In this document: positions 15,002 through 16,398 of the stretch, one piece after another
Position numbering within the stretch: the first letter of the stretch is position 1
Layout: every line of letters starts with the position of its first letter
Source of the DNA: Candidatus Hadarchaeota archaeon
GTDB taxonomy: Archaea; CAYQAE01; CAYVLA01
NCBI GenBank assembly: GCA_964452145.1
Contig: CAYVLA010000069.1
Location: 1 to 16,398, forward strand
Direction: 5' to 3'
DNA length: 16,398 nt
Made by a program: the position numbers and the translations under genes
Notes under the pieces: model-generated
Told to the model about the DNA's origin: nothing
Database searches by the model: none
Seen by the model: the letters and a program-made list of their open reading frames with translations, nothing else

Positions 15002-16398
15002 ATGGGCCTTTCGCATTACTATCGGACTCCCATTCTGCGGTACTCCGAAGAAGCCGACCTGATTCGGACAATGGCCGGCCTTACTGCCGGTCGGGTGAAA
15101 GGATTGAGAACGGAGTACTGCTACAACGTCCTATCCGACCGCCCCCTGTCAGCCACCGAATCCGGCATGCTCAGATGGCTTCTCGCGGAGACCTTCGAAC
15201 CACGCAACTTCGGTCTGAAGACCCATCTGAAGGGCGAAGGCCATCTGTTGGAAGTCGGCCCCCGAATGAGCTTCACCACAGCATGGTCGACAAACGCCGT
15301 GTCGGTGTGTCATTCATGCGGGTTGAGCAACATCCGACGGATAGAGCGATCGAGAAGATACCTCCTAGACATCTCACAGCATCTTGGCGAACCCGAGAGG
15401 ACCGGGATACTTGACCTACTGCACGACAGAATGACCGAATGCCCCTATGAAAATGGCCTCAAGACCTTCGAGACGGGAGCGATCCCCGAACCCGTGCGCG
15501 AGGTTCCCTTGATACAGGAGGGAAAGGCGGCCTTAGCACGGATCAGTCGCGAGTTGGGCCTGGCATTCGACGACTGGGATCTGGACTACTATTCAAGGCT
15601 CTTCGGCGAGGAGTTGGGACGGAATCCCACCGACGTCGAATGCTTCGACATCGCCCAATCTAACAGTGAACACTCGCGGCATTGGTTCTTCAAGGGGCGA
15701 CTGAGAATCGACGGGGCGGAACCTCCCCATTCACTCATGGATCTGGTCAGGGGCACTCTCACAGCCAAGCCATCGAACAGCGTGATAGCTTACCGAGACA
15801 ATTCCAGCGCGATAAGAGGCTACAGGGTAAGAACGATACTGCCCGCAAAGCCGGGAAGACCCAATCCCTTCGTGGAAGCGGATCCCGAATACCACATCAC
15901 CTTCACGGCCGAGACCCACAACTTCCCCAGCGGGGTCGCCCCCTTCCCCGGGGCCGAGACCGGAACAGGGGGCCGGATCAGGGATGGCCATGCCACAGGG
16001 AGGGGATCGCTCATAGTGGCAGGAACCGCTGCCTACTGCGTGGGCAACCTCAGGATCCCCGGCTATCCACTCCCATGGGAGAACCCCACGTTCATCTACC
16101 CCGCCAACCTGGCCTCTCCGCTGAAGATCGAGATAGAGGCAAGCAATGGCGCCTCTGACTACGGCAACAAATTCGGCGAACCTGTGATTCAGGGCTACAC
16201 GCGGTCCTTCGGCCTGCAGATGCCGGATGGAGAACGCCGCGAATGGATAAAGCCCATCATGTTCACAGGGGGGGTCGGCCAGATCGATGCAGGACACGTC
16301 GAGAAGGGGATTCCCCAGAAAGGGATGCTGGTGGTCAAGATCGGGGGGCCCGCATACAGGATAGGGATGGGCGGAGGCGCCTCCTCCAGCATGATCCA
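15002..16398 (+). CDS. purL: Phosphoribosylformylglycinamidine synthase, large single-chain type (5' part, runs off the window)
   Basis: Manual translation from ATG 15002 (in-frame TGA upstream at 14975) is open to the window end: MGLSHYYRTP...EVGPRMSFTTAWSTNA (15251)...HDRMTE...LGRNPTDVE...QSNSEHSRHWFF (15656)...DNSS...AETHNFPSGVAPFPGAETGTGGRIRD (15908)...ASDYGNKFGEP...KPIMFTGG...IGMGGGASSS. Missing from the ORF track because no stop falls in the window. Confidence 0.96.
   Translation, partial: MGLSHYYRTPILRYSEEADLIRTMAGLTAGRVKGLRTEYCYNVLSDRPLSATESGMLRWLLAETFEPRNFGLKTHLKGEGHLLEVGPRMSFTTAWSTNAVSVCHSCGLSNIRRIERSRRYLLDISQHLGEPERTGILDLLHDRMTECPYENGLKTFETGAIPEPVREVPLIQEGKAALARISRELGLAFDDWDLDYYSRLFGEELGRNPTDVECFDIAQSNSEHSRHWFFKGRLRIDGAEPPHSLMDLVRGTLTAKPSNSVIAYRDNSSAIRGYRVRTILPAKPGRPNPFVEADPEYHITFTAETHNFPSGVAPFPGAETGTGGRIRDGHATGRGSLIVAGTAAYCVGNLRIPGYPLPWENPTFIYPANLASPLKIEIEASNGASDYGNKFGEPVIQGYTRSFGLQMPDGERREWIKPIMFTGGVGQIDAGHVEKGIPQKGMLVVKIGGPAYRIGMGGGASSSMI

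Noticed and set aside
14884..16392. Track ORFs 14884..15414, 15682..16158, 15731..16297, 15820..16014 and 16195..16392
   Set aside because: Shadow frames of purL, which starts at 15002 and has unambiguous motifs.

Overview
GC-rich, gene-dense chromosomal segment of an archaeon. The evidence is an archaeal-type TopA, an Sm/Lsm protein, a DUF2116-like Zn-ribbon protein, TATA-like boxes, GGAGG/GGTGA Shine-Dalgarno sites and overlapping stop/start codons. Left to right: ABC ATPase (-); a coupled + strand run of a GIFT/GATase-like membrane-anchored protein, a SAM methyltransferase, an unknown protein with an internal repeat, topA, Sm and a HAD hydrolase; a membrane protein (-); about 430 bp without a confident gene; a Zn-ribbon membrane protein and M28 peptidase; a divergent Na+/solute symporter followed by a separate 2-TM peptide; a small beta-rich protein; a DUF362-ferredoxin protein; a tyrosine-recombinase-like protein lacking catalytic residues; a sulfatase-fold enzyme with Thr at the nucleophile position; a second DUF362 gene (-). 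The window ends in a gene absent from the ORF track (15002 to the end): a large-type FGAM synthase (PurL) resembling plant/animal PFAS rather than the usual archaeal small PurL. No rRNA, tRNA or CRISPR array was recognised. All calls come from motif recognition by eye; no searches were run.
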